A DNA stretch of 64,000 nucleotides from an uncultured cyanobacterium (GTDB taxonomy: Bacteria; Cyanobacteriota; Cyanobacteriia; Leptolyngbyales; Leptolyngbyaceae), in contig CAVYAN010000010.1 in the NCBI GenBank assembly GCA_963766075.1, forward strand, positions 32,001 through 96,000, in the 5' to 3' direction. Under the pieces are notes generated by a model. The model was given only the letters and a program-made list of their open reading frames with translations, made no database searches and was not told where the DNA came from. Position numbers and translations under genes: made by a program. Shown piece by piece: positions 30,679 through 40,689 of the stretch. The stretch's first letter is position 1, and the number at the start of each line of letters is the position of its first letter.

Positions 30679-31044
30679 CTATTGAGGATTAAGAGCTCGA
30701 TGAGTCTGCGTGCACAAGGCCAGCAGCTCCGGATCAATCACTCGGTAATACCGCCAAATCCCTTCCCGACGACAGGCAACAACTCCAGCATCTTTCATCA
30801 AGCGTAAGTGTTTGGAAACATTGCCTTGGTGTAACTGCGTGCGATCGCAAATTTTCTGGACGCTGCGTTCCTGATCACAAATCGTCATCAGAATTTGTAG
30901 CCTTGTGGGTTCCGCTAAAATTTTGAACCGATTGGCCAGCGCCTCCAGTTCATCTGGGGTTAGTGCCATCTCCATATGCAGAGACTCCTCACGATTTAAG
31001 CTGAAAGAGTTGAGGAACGTGTGAGGTTTTTTTTCTTCAGACAA
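30679..31044 (-). CDS. ArsR/SmtB-family repressor (possible persulfide sensor)
   Basis: FKILAEPTRLQIL, QGNVSKHL, RREG..RYY; four Cys. Start codon uncertain. Confidence 0.88.
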   Translation of the reverse strand: MSEEKKPHTFLNSFSLNREESLHMEMALTPDELEALANRFKILAEPTRLQILMTICDQERSVQKICDRTQLHQGNVSKHLRLMKDAGVVACRREGIWRYYRVIDPELLALCTQTHRALNPQ

Positions 31045-32363
31045 TCGGATGCTCCACCTTTAAACTGGCATCAGCCGACACAGGCTCCACCAGCGGTAAC
31101 CCGATCGCCCGAAAGCCCCAACGCTCAAACCAAGGAATCGTCCATCCCAGGCGCATTTTCGGTCAGAAAATATTTCTCAAATCCTAACTTCATCCAAGAC
31201 ACCCAAATGCCGTGATAGGTGAGTGCCCGGTGGCGATGCCCGGACTCATCCGGTAGGAGCGGATCAGCTAAAAATAGGGCTCCCGTATCGCCAAAATCTG
31301 CAAAGCAAACGGCCTGTAGAGTGGGCTTAAGCTGTGGACCCGAGGTAACCCCCAACTCTAGAGCAATATTATGGGCCACGGAAAGTGCCATTTCTTCAGT
31401 CATCAGGCCCACTTTGGGCGCACCGGTGGGGATGGGGGTTTGCTCCACGGCCTTGAGTTGGGTAATCACCCCCACGGCATAAATCGACTCAAAGTCAGGG
31501 TGACGATAGGTCGGCAATACGGGGATAAACCCCTTGGCATCGGTTAAACCCGGAGCCTCCCGCAGGAAGCGCGGACCGCGAAAAGGCGGCAGAACCATCA
31601 CAAATTTAGCGGGAATCCTGCGGCCATCCGCTAGGTGAACCGCATCTGGTGCAAAATGCGAAATGGCCGTGTTTTCCATCAGCTCAATTTCGCGATCGGC
31701 CATGAATTTGCGCATCAGCCAGCGGGAATCGGCCATTCCGCCGATACCCAAATGTCCGGCGTAGGGTTCTGAGGTAATGAAGGTGATCGGAACTTGAGCT
31801 CGCAGTCCTTTCTGCTTCAAAACATGATGGATTAAGAACGCAAACTCATAAGCAGGGCCAAAACAACTGGCTCCTGGTGCCGCCCCGACAACAATTGGCC
31901 CCGGATCGGCTAAAAATTTCTCCCAGGCGGCCCCCGCCAACACAGCATGATGCGGATTACACACAGACTGGGTGTAGCCTCCTTCTGGACCTAGTCCAGG
32001 AATGGCATCCAGCGCCAGTTCTGGTCCCGTGGCAATGACGGCATAGTCGTAGTCCAATGTGCGATCGCCTTGGCGTTGCGAAGCAATCTCGCCCAGCGTA
32101 ATCCGACGAGACTTCGGATCAATGGCTGTGACCGCAGCCTGGATTAATTCAATGCCGTGCCGAGGCACGATGGTCGCTAAATCTAATTGGATGCGATCAA
32201 GGGACTTTAACCCCAACCCGACCCACGGTAACGACGGCACAAACGTAAACTTCGGTTGATTGGAAATCAGCGTCACCTGATGTTCCGGCGGCAAGACATG
32301 CCTCAACTCATAGGCAGCGGGCAATCCTCCCAGTCCAGCACCAATGACAACAACACGAGCCAT
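31037..32363 (-). CDS. sqr: Sulfide:quinone oxidoreductase (type I-like), apparent 1-nt insertion near 31163
   Basis: GAGLGG FAD motif, SVC, GASCFGPAYE, HLGIGG, AVCFADFG, FEKYFL. Removing one base restores KMRLGWTIPWFERWGFRAIGLPLVE...* (stop 31037-31039). Confidence 0.88.
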
Positions 32364-32417
32364 AATTGCGACTCCTACAGTAAGTTTTACAGACAGTAAG
32401 TTTTTAAACGGCCATCC

Positions 32418-32636
32418 TCACTCTTTCACGCCCATCTGCTTCAGCAAGGCAATTAACGGACACCAGCGAGTAAATGCCGATTGCAGCAGATTCAGTCCTA
32501 TAAATGCGGTCAAAAACAGCCAGTTGGAATTAACGAGCGCTAGAGACAAGCTGAGGAGCACCATACTGCCGGCTACGAGCCGTACCCATTGGTGCTGAGT
32601 CCAAGACGGCTGACTCCTGTGCATTGGCTTGAGCAT
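32418..32636 (-). CDS. DUF2892 (YgaP-like) membrane protein
   Basis: VRLVAGSMVL, FIGLNLLQSAFTRWCP. Confidence 0.85.
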   Translation of the reverse strand: MLKPMHRSQPSWTQHQWVRLVAGSMVLLSLSLALVNSNWLFLTAFIGLNLLQSAFTRWCPLIALLKQMGVKE

Positions 32637-32683
32637 TGTCCCCTCCAGCAAATTAAGGTGTTAATACTACTATACAGTTATAT

Positions 32684-32700
32684 GACTAATAATCTTAGTC
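32684..32700. promoter_or_regulatory. Inverted repeat GACTAA-N5-TTAGTC upstream of the DUF2892-sqr-arsR operon; candidate operator
   Basis: Perfect 6-bp dyad in an AT-rich region ~50 bp upstream of the first gene; function inferred. Confidence 0.35.
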
Positions 32701-32905
32701 GTTGCAAAACTTTAAGGTTTTTCAGGATTTTGTGATGGAGTTAAAGACGGTGGGATTAAAGACACTGGGGCTAAAAGCAGTGGGGTTGACTCTGACGAGT
32801 CGGCGATCGCCCAACCCCATCGAGCAAATTCAATATTTTTCCCATTCTTTAGCCAGGGCATTTAGAATAAGCACTGGCCATCTCGCTATTACAACGGTCT
32901 GAGCT

Positions 32906-33454
32906 GTGCAAATTCCTTTTCCTGAAGAACGCAATCCTGATGCAGCCCTTCGGGGTGATGCTAGATTACAAGGAGTGATCGCGCATCTATCAACAACCCT
33001 AGAGCGGGATCAGCTAGTGGGGCAGGTCACGGATGATCTACAGCGCCAACTTGGGGTCGATCGCGTGCTCTTATACTATTTCTATCGTCAGTGGAAAGGG
33101 CAGGTCACCTTTGAAGCCCTGAGTGCTCCGCAGTTTTCCCTCTTCGGATCAACTGGCCCGGATGAATGCTTCAACGGCGACTATGCTGCAATGTATTTAG
33201 CCGGTCGGGTCCGGGCAATCGCCAATATCGAAACGGAGCCGATCACCGATTGTCACCGTGATTTTCTGCGCAGTCTCCAGGTTCGGGCCAATTTAGTGGT
33301 GCCCGTGCTGATTCCCCAGGGGTTATGGGGTTTGCTGGTGTCCCATCATTGCCAATCGGTACGCTCTTGGACTGAGGCCGATATTGTGGCAATGCGCCAC
33401 GGGGCCGATGTGTTAGCGACTGCACCAGCGATTCGAGGCCATGGAGCCGTGTAA
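32906..33454 (+). CDS. Stand-alone GAF protein, cyanobacteriochrome-like (DXCF)
   Basis: VDRVLLYYF, PDECF, DCH, VRANLVVP, LWGLLVSHHC. Confidence 0.8.
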   Translation: MQIPFPEERNPDAALRGDARLQGVIAHLSTTLERDQLVGQVTDDLQRQLGVDRVLLYYFYRQWKGQVTFEALSAPQFSLFGSTGPDECFNGDYAAMYLAGRVRAIANIETEPITDCHRDFLRSLQVRANLVVPVLIPQGLWGLLVSHHCQSVRSWTEADIVAMRHGADVLATAPAIRGHGAV

Positions 33455-33535
33455 GGGGCCCGTTTGCTAGGGCGGCGTGCCGCATGATTGGGTAGAGAAG
33501 ATTTCACGGGGAAAAACGTGCCCAGACAAAGTAAA

Positions 33536-33559
33536 GGCGATCGCTGATTAGCGATCGCC
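33536..33559. terminator. Hairpin of two HIP1 sites between convergent genes
   Basis: ggcgatcgct-gatt-agcgatcgcc. Confidence 0.4.
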
Positions 33560-33591
33560 CTTCAGGTGTGAGAACTTGTGGGATGGAGCGA

Positions 33592-34422
33592 CTAGCCGCG
33601 CTTTGGCTTGCTCTGCCGACTGGACAAATACGTGATCGTTAAGAGCGCCAGTCCAATCAATCCAAAAGAAAAAATAGTCGTCAGTGTCCCCAAGGCATAG
33701 AGCGCCGGAGATGTGACGTTGGTGGTCATGCCAAAAATTTCTAGCGGCAGGGTGTTGGTGTCCCCGGAGGCCAGAGACGTGCGGGTAAATTCATCATAGG
33801 AAAGGGTAAAGCTCAGAAATGCCACGCCAATGACACTAGAGGCAATCAGGGGAAAGACCACTTGCCAAAATGTGGTGACATCATTTGCGCCGAGGTCACG
33901 GGCGGCTTCCTCATAGGCAGGGTTAAATCGCCCAAAGATCCCCAGCATAATCAGAAAGGCAAACGGGATTGTCCAGGTTACATGCGCGCCTAGGGCTGAG
34001 GTATACCAGGCATTGGTTAGCCCTGTTAAGTTAAATACAACCGCAATCCCGAGGGAAATTAAAATGCTGGGAACAATCAGGCTAGAAATGGTGAGGTAAA
34101 AAATTATATTTGAACCCTTGAATCGGCTGCGAAACGCCATCCCAGACATGACGCTAAAGATCACCGTGAGCACCATGACAATTAATCCGAGAAAGAGCGA
34201 TCGCCAAAAGGCATCCACAAAGTTACCGACCCGCTGTTCCTCAAAGACAGATTGCATCCACATGAAACTAAACCCTTTCATGGGGAAGGTGAGACTGCCC
34301 TCAGGCCCTTGCAAGGACAGGATAAACACAGCGGACATGGGACCATAAAGAAACAAGATAAACAGGCCAAAAAATCCGGCCAGTAAGTAATAGGAGAGTG
34401 GGCGCTTTTTCTTTTCCATCAT
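33592..34422 (-). CDS. ABC importer permease (PotC-like)
   Basis: EEAARDLGA (EAA motif), SFTLSYDEF, TLPLEI. Confidence 0.9.
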   Translation of the reverse strand: MMEKKKRPLSYYLLAGFFGLFILFLYGPMSAVFILSLQGPEGSLTFPMKGFSFMWMQSVFEEQRVGNFVDAFWRSLFLGLIVMVLTVIFSVMSGMAFRSRFKGSNIIFYLTISSLIVPSILISLGIAVVFNLTGLTNAWYTSALGAHVTWTIPFAFLIMLGIFGRFNPAYEEAARDLGANDVTTFWQVVFPLIASSVIGVAFLSFTLSYDEFTRTSLASGDTNTLPLEIFGMTTNVTSPALYALGTLTTIFSFGLIGLALLTITYLSSRQSKPKRG

Positions 34423-34427
34423 TCCTC

Positions 34428-35339
34428 CTAAAGTTCCTTGCGAATATCGACAACGCGCAAAATCGCAAACACCAGAATTAGCGTCACCAGCAACAGAATC
34501 ACCGCATTGGCGGCGGCGAGGGGATATTGCAGGCTACCAATCTGATTTTTAATCAAGTTGCCGACGGAGGCAACTTGGCCTCCTCCCATGAGCCGCACAG
34601 TGGCAAACTCGCCCATCACTAGCGTGGTGATAAAAATAGTCCCAATCGCAATCCCGGAAGCCGATAGGGGCAGAATAATTTCTTTCTGAATTTGAAAGGG
34701 AGAGGCTCCAGCATCCTCCGCAGCCGCCACTAAGGCACGGTCAATCCGCATCATGCTGTTGAAAATGGGAGCCACCATGAACAGGGCATAGAGATGGACC
34801 ATCGCCAAGATTACCGAAAAGTCTGAGAACAGAAACATCTCAATGGGTTTGTCGGTAACATGCAATCCCATTAGCGCCTGGTTAATTAAACCTTCTCGTC
34901 CTAAAAATGGAATCCAAGAAATCATCCGAATGATATTCGAGGTGAGAAACGGTACCGTACAAACCAAAAACAGAATCGTTTGCCACTTGGAATTCTTAAT
35001 GTGAAACGATAGGAAATACGCGACGGGATAGGCAATCAGTAAGCAAATCAGCCATACAATTCCCGCAAACTTAAACGTATTCAAATAGGTGGCAACGGTG
35101 ACCTTCGAGGTGAAGACGGTAATGTAATTGGCCAATGTAAAGCCGGGAACCATGGCATAGCCATTGAAGTTCCAAAAGCTGACCGTGATGATGGCGGCGA
35201 TCGGCAACACCAAAAACAGCAGCAACACGATGGTTTGGGGCGATACCAGCAGGTAGGGCTGGAGGGCCTTCCAGTTGAATGCCTTGGTTCGACTGGGACG
35301 AATGGGTGGGGCAGTGGGCAGATCTTGAGCTGCTGTCAT
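34428..35339 (-). CDS. ABC importer permease (PotB-like)
   Basis: IAYPVAY, PFLTSNIIR, AAEDAGA. Confidence 0.9.
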   Translation of the reverse strand: MTAAQDLPTAPPIRPSRTKAFNWKALQPYLLVSPQTIVLLLFLVLPIAAIITVSFWNFNGYAMVPGFTLANYITVFTSKVTVATYLNTFKFAGIVWLICLLIAYPVAYFLSFHIKNSKWQTILFLVCTVPFLTSNIIRMISWIPFLGREGLINQALMGLHVTDKPIEMFLFSDFSVILAMVHLYALFMVAPIFNSMMRIDRALVAAAEDAGASPFQIQKEIILPLSASGIAIGTIFITTLVMGEFATVRLMGGGQVASVGNLIKNQIGSLQYPLAAANAVILLLVTLILVFAILRVVDIRKEL

Positions 35340-35453
35340 GGCTAACTCCAAGTTAGGTGTAGTGGGTAACCATACGGACACGTAATGGCCTGCGTGTCCG
35401 TCATGGTTACCCATGGGCGATCGCGAGAAGGCGATCACGAGAAATTGAACGCG

Positions 35454-37085
35454 CTAGAAATTGAAGTTGGTGCGAATCACCCCAATGAACACCGTATCAT
35501 TGCTATTGTTATGGTCGGGATTGGTAATCACGACTAAACCGGGCGTAATGGCAATGTGATCATTGATTTGGTGCTTATAGAACGCATCCACCATGAAAGA
35601 GGTGTCGTTGTCTTTAAAAAGACCGACATCGTTGCTGGTCACTTTAGAAGGCATTCCCAAAGTAATGCCGCCCAAGTTGCCTTTTTTGAACAAGTCGGGA
35701 AAGGCGAGAGCGACAGCCCAGGATTGCACGGTCGCATCGGCACCCTTGGTCACCCCGGACTCAGAGTTTGTGTCCGCTAGATAGTACCAGCCACTGAGGA
35801 TGAATTGCGGGCTGAAGGCGTATTGGGCTTCAACGCCATAGCCATGGGTTGTTGCCGCATCTGTCCCAAAGGGCTGCGCCGCATTTCGGCTGCCAAAGAA
35901 TCCACCTGCAGGAGCATTAATATTCCCATCATCGTAGGCATTGAGGTACGTGAGGGCGATCGCGGCCTTAGAAGTCGGGCGGAATGTGATTTGCGCCAAG
36001 GCTCCGTAGGGACCATCAAACAATCCTTGTTTAGGACTGGGATTGTTGGCTGTGGGCGTTCCAGCTAGATAACCCCCACCGATATTAATCGTGTCACTGA
36101 GGTTGTAATTAAAGCCTGCTCCCGAAAAGCCACTGGGAAAGTAAATGGGACTCCGTAATGCGAAACCGGTTAGGACGGTATCGTAGTCCCCATCCAGCGG
36201 GTGCAATGTCGGGACAAATAAATCCAAGAAGCCGTGGGCTTCTAAGAAAAAGGTGCCGCGATCGCCCAACGGGAAACGATACTCCAGTTGGTTGATTTTC
36301 ACCGCATTGCCGCCGCCATCCTGGAACGCCAAATTCGCCATTCGAGTGCCTGTAGCATCCGCAAAGCTTGGCGTATTCCCCGCCTGCAACCGCATGATCA
36401 GCTTATCTTTGCCCGTAAAACTGCTGGTCAGAATTAGCCGGACCCGATCCGAGAAAATAGTGCCATCAGCCAGATCTGCGCCGGACCCATCGGCCTTTTT
36501 ATTAGCCCCAAAGGCATTGACCAAGGTGAACAACGCATGGCCTGTGAGCTTGGTGGTGGTTGAGAATTGCTGCTTTTCCAAGGTCGCAGTGCGTGCTTCC
36601 AAGGCATCGACCCGCCCGCGCAGGGTAGCCAGTTCAGCGGCAAACTCTTCTTGCAACTTCTTCAGGGTTTCCAGATCTTCCTTTTTGACCAGATCAGCAG
36701 TGGCGGCCCCAATCAATTCATTCACCCGATCCATGCAAGCATTCAAACCGGCGGCAAACTCATAACGGGTCATGGCGCGATTGCCCCGGAAGGTCTTGTC
36801 GGGGTAACCCACAATGCAGCCATACCGCTCCACGAGGGACTGCAATGCCTGAAAGGCCCAATCCGTCGGTTTAACATCCGAAAGCTGGGAGACAGATGTC
36901 ACCTGGTCTTGAATAGTAGTCTGGAACGCCGTATTTTCTAGGGCATAGGCATTCACCTGCTGCAATGAAGCCGTTGAATTGTCAACGGAAACAGCTTCCG
37001 CCGCTCGGGCCGCCTGGGCAGACAACAAGAGCAGTCCCAAAACCACAGAACTCTTTCCCAAGAGAGTTTTGAATAACGTCACCAT
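35454..37085 (-). CDS. Cyanobacterial SLH-domain / OprB-type outer-membrane porin
   Basis: QVTSVSQLSDVKPTDWAFQALQSLVERYGC, QFSTTTKL, C-terminal RTNFNF. Confidence 0.93.
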   Translation of the reverse strand: MVTLFKTLLGKSSVVLGLLLLSAQAARAAEAVSVDNSTASLQQVNAYALENTAFQTTIQDQVTSVSQLSDVKPTDWAFQALQSLVERYGCIVGYPDKTFRGNRAMTRYEFAAGLNACMDRVNELIGAATADLVKKEDLETLKKLQEEFAAELATLRGRVDALEARTATLEKQQFSTTTKLTGHALFTLVNAFGANKKADGSGADLADGTIFSDRVRLILTSSFTGKDKLIMRLQAGNTPSFADATGTRMANLAFQDGGGNAVKINQLEYRFPLGDRGTFFLEAHGFLDLFVPTLHPLDGDYDTVLTGFALRSPIYFPSGFSGAGFNYNLSDTINIGGGYLAGTPTANNPSPKQGLFDGPYGALAQITFRPTSKAAIALTYLNAYDDGNINAPAGGFFGSRNAAQPFGTDAATTHGYGVEAQYAFSPQFILSGWYYLADTNSESGVTKGADATVQSWAVALAFPDLFKKGNLGGITLGMPSKVTSNDVGLFKDNDTSFMVDAFYKHQINDHIAITPGLVVITNPDHNNSNDTVFIGVIRTNFNF

Positions 37086-37379
37086 GTTCAACTCCTTTCA
37101 CCAATGTATTACGAAATAACAGCCAAGAAATGACCGCCACAAAATGACAGCCACGAAACAACACCGATGGGCAACCCAATACTCCAACCCACAAAACATT
37201 GAAGGTGAAGCGATCGAGAAACTTGATGGTGAAGACTTTTTCTGCGCAGATCTGAAACTCAAGAAGAAAGCAATCTATGAAATTAGGCAAGGGCGCGATC
37301 GCCACAGTGCCGCCATCACCCTCTTCCGCATCAGAGATCTACTGGCGCATTGCGCCGCCGAAAACAACCACCGCAGGGC

Positions 37380-38681
37380 TTAAGCCGCAACAAACTCATT
37401 CCACTTCTGCACCAAATAGGTTTGCTCCTTCATCACCGAGTTCCAACACACAATGTTGGCAAAACGATCTTTAAAGGAACCCCCGTCGCGCACCGCACCC
37501 TTGGCTTCAATCTTCTTGCCAAAAGGATCAATGATATCAATCGCTGCCGGTTTGCCCTCGTACCAAAAATCCCATTCCTCGGGTTTCATGAACTTTTGGG
37601 CCGTTTCCGGTGCAGCGCTATAGTAGCCCTGGCGACCCAAGAATGCCCCCATCCAGCCATCCAACATCCAGTTGAGATACTCATAGGCGGCATCTAGAGC
37701 AACACCCTCTAGATTTCTCGACACCCCGATACCCCCGCCCCAACCGCGATATCCTTCTTTGAGGGGAGCATAGGTACATTTAATCCCACGGGCTTTAACG
37801 GCAGTGACTGCTGGCGACCACATGGATTGTAGCACCACCTCCCCAGAGGCCATCAGGTTAACGGACTCATCAAAGTTTTTCCAAAAGGCCCGGAACTGTC
37901 CATCCTTCTTGAGCTTGATGAGCATGTCGGTGACTTTGTCCAGTTCTTCTTTGGTCATGTTGCCTTTATCACCAAACTTCATCAGTCCAGCGGCTTCCAG
38001 CACCATTGCGGCATCCATAATCCCGATGGACGGAATGTCCAGAAGTGCCGTTTTGCCTTTGTATTTGGGATCGAGCAATTCGGCCCAGGATTCAATTTTC
38101 TTACCGGTGAGGTCGGGCCGGTAGCCCAAGGTATCGGCATTGTATTGAAATGGAATCAACGTCGCCCAATCTGTTGGCGTGGGGGAAAACTCCTTAGAGT
38201 CTTTGTCTTTGACGTACATGACTCGGAAGGGCGCTGTGCCCTGGGAATCGTTCACCTTCGCGCCTTCGCCAAACTTACCGGACGTGAAGTAGGGAACAAT
38301 TTTATCCCAGTTTTTGATTTTCTTCACTTCAATGGGCTGGAGATTGCCTGATGGATAAACCAGGGGCAAGCTGAAATATTCCCCATCAAAGATGTCGTAC
38401 TGCTTGGGCTGAGTAATGGCGATCTGATTATTTTCTTCTGTTCCCAAGGCCCGCAACTGGATCTTAATGCCCAAATCCTGCTCGGCCTGCGCTTTAATTT
38501 CCTTACTCTGAGCGGCTCCTGTGCCAATAAACCGCAGGGTAACATCCTTAACGGAATTGGTAATCACGCCTGGGGAAGCTCCAGGCGCGACTTCTTTCTT
38601 CGGGCTACAGCTAGCGGTGACCACCATGGCTCCAGCAGCTAGTCCGGTTCTAACAAATTGACGACGACTAAACTTTGACAT
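37380..38681 (-). CDS. ABC substrate-binding lipoprotein (PotD/PotF-like), Tat signal
   Basis: SRRQFVR, TASC lipobox, SWAELLDPKYKGK, KEGYRGW. Confidence 0.88.
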   Translation of the reverse strand: MSKFSRRQFVRTGLAAGAMVVTASCSPKKEVAPGASPGVITNSVKDVTLRFIGTGAAQSKEIKAQAEQDLGIKIQLRALGTEENNQIAITQPKQYDIFDGEYFSLPLVYPSGNLQPIEVKKIKNWDKIVPYFTSGKFGEGAKVNDSQGTAPFRVMYVKDKDSKEFSPTPTDWATLIPFQYNADTLGYRPDLTGKKIESWAELLDPKYKGKTALLDIPSIGIMDAAMVLEAAGLMKFGDKGNMTKEELDKVTDMLIKLKKDGQFRAFWKNFDESVNLMASGEVVLQSMWSPAVTAVKARGIKCTYAPLKEGYRGWGGGIGVSRNLEGVALDAAYEYLNWMLDGWMGAFLGRQGYYSAAPETAQKFMKPEEWDFWYEGKPAAIDIIDPFGKKIEAKGAVRDGGSFKDRFANIVCWNSVMKEQTYLVQKWNEFVAA

Positions 38682-38850
38682 TGCGATTAAGTCTCACAAA
38701 ACACAATAGAGATCATGAAAAAACGTGCGAAAAAACCAGCGAAGCAAATGAATGTGTGAGAAGACAGGCTGTGTGGAAGGTAAGCTGTGTCAGCAAACCG
38801 CCACGGAATGCGGTAGTACGCAGGAGGACACTACCCAGAATGCGCTTCTT

Positions 38851-40050
38851 CTAATGGGGAAGAAAAACGCAATCATCTTTTGACCAACTGAGGACCACCA
38901 ACTGCCCCTCGCTCAGCGAATTACTGTTCCAGTCATTCGTGCGAGCTTTGTAGAGCATTTCTTGCCCAGTGGCCTCAGCCATGAGCGAGACACGCGTCAC
39001 ATATCCGGTCATTTCTACAGCAGTAATTCGAGCAACGACCTGATTGCCCGCCAATGTAGACTTGACAGGCATATCCGGATTGTAAACCTCGATATGCAAC
39101 AGATCAGGGCGGACGGAACAGGCCGCCTCTGTACCTATGGGGCTAGAGTAGCCGCGACAGTAAAGAGCCCCGAAACCCTCCACTTCTAGTTGAATAACAT
39201 CCAGCTCTGAGTCACTGATGACGTTTTTCACTTTGCCGGTGAAGATATTATTATCGCCCATGAATTTGGCAACAAATTGAGAACCTGGGCGGTCATATAA
39301 CTCGTCGGGAGTGGCGACTTGATCAAGGCGACCATGGGTCATCACGACTACCATGTCGGACAGTGAAAAGGCTTCTTCCACATGGTGCGTGACTTGAATG
39401 AAGGTCAAGCCAAATTGCTTTTGGATCTTGCGGAGTTCGGTGCGCATGCGTACACGCAGATTTTCATCCAAGGCACTGAGTGGCTCGTCCAGCATCAGCA
39501 CTTGGGGCCGGGTGACTAAAGCACGGGCTAGGGCAATCCGCTGCTGCTGCCCGCCACTCAGTTGGGTCGGCTTGCGATCGGCAGTATGGCTCAGGCCAAT
39601 CATTTCTAGGATCTCGCCCACGCGGACTCGTCGTTCGGCCTCGGGAACATGGCGCATTTTCAGCCCAAACTCAATGTTTTGCCAAATTGTTTTGTGGGGA
39701 AATAGCGCATAGCTCTGAAACATCATGGACGTGTTGCGTTTAGCCGCAGGCAAGTCGTTGACACGCTTGTCGCCAATCAGGATATCGCCGCTCGTAATGT
39801 CTTCATGGCCTGCGATCATCCGGAGAACGGTGGTTTTTCCACAGCCACTGGGACCCAACAGGCAGCAGTATTTACCCGCTGGAATATCAAGGGTAATATT
39901 TTCAACGGCAATGATAGAACCGTACTTTTTGCTGACAGACCGTAGAGATACTCCAGCGGCGGCTTGTGCCAAAGCTTTCTGGATATCGGTGGCAGAAGCG
40001 GGGGCAGTTCTGTTCGCTCCAACCGTTTTGATTTCGGTGTCAATTGTCAT
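38851..40050 (-). CDS. ABC ATP-binding subunit (PotA-like)
   Basis: GPSGCGKT, FQSYALFPH, LSGGQ, LDEPLSALD, TOBE-like tail. Confidence 0.93.
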   Translation of the reverse strand: MTIDTEIKTVGANRTAPASATDIQKALAQAAAGVSLRSVSKKYGSIIAVENITLDIPAGKYCCLLGPSGCGKTTVLRMIAGHEDITSGDILIGDKRVNDLPAAKRNTSMMFQSYALFPHKTIWQNIEFGLKMRHVPEAERRVRVGEILEMIGLSHTADRKPTQLSGGQQQRIALARALVTRPQVLMLDEPLSALDENLRVRMRTELRKIQKQFGLTFIQVTHHVEEAFSLSDMVVVMTHGRLDQVATPDELYDRPGSQFVAKFMGDNNIFTGKVKNVISDSELDVIQLEVEGFGALYCRGYSSPIGTEAACSVRPDLLHIEVYNPDMPVKSTLAGNQVVARITAVEMTGYVTRVSLMAEATGQEMLYKARTNDWNSNSLSEGQLVVLSWSKDDCVFLPH

Positions 40051-40328
40051 GATTACTCCTGCACGGAAAGGATGGATGTTGCGAAACCGAATGAACTCAG
40101 TGAAGACTGTGGAATAAACGCCCTACACACGAACGGTCTAAACTGTCTGGCAAACTACCTCGGGAGAGGCCCATTGAAAAAACGCCGGGGATTTTTCAGC
40201 AGGCTGCGATTTCGCACTAATGCGTTAAATTGGCACGCATTGAATTTGATAATCAAGTATTAGACCCAAAGAAGTTCTAAAACTGGCATATCCGATACAA
40301 TTCATCTATGCTGGGTTGTGGACGATAG

Positions 40329-40348
40329 TTGTATACAGAATTTGTACA
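40329..40348. promoter_or_regulatory. Candidate GntR operator (TTGTATACA palindrome plus adjacent TTGTACA)
   Basis: ttgtatacagaatttgtaca in the divergent intergenic region between the ABC operon and GntR. Confidence 0.45.
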
Positions 40349-40689
40349 CGGCTTTCAGCCTCAAAAAAGTGTTTCTCGATACAATTTGATGATTTTGACT
40401 GGAGGTATGGAAATGGTTGGGCGGTGCCAAGGCGATCGCGCGGGGCGCGGAGGTCTGCAAACATTTTTGCAATGCTTGGTCGTTAATCGGGGATCGGAAA
40501 ATCTGAAGCAGCCATATCAAGACTGGGATGACCACAATTTGGCAATCTTGGCGGCTAATATAGTGAGAGGGGAAAAGGGGAGCGTCAACGATCGCCAATT
40601 CCGCCCATGATTGCCTAAGCGCTCCCTTGCTAAGTGCTCCCTTGCTAAGTGTCCTATTGCCAAACGTCCGGTCAAAGGTCAATTTATCT

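Noticed and set aside
32740..32790. Short 12-16 bp tandem repeats here and at ~40615, ~42850, ~53280 and ~63806
   Set aside because: Two to three copies each, unrelated to one another; consistent with ordinary slippage.
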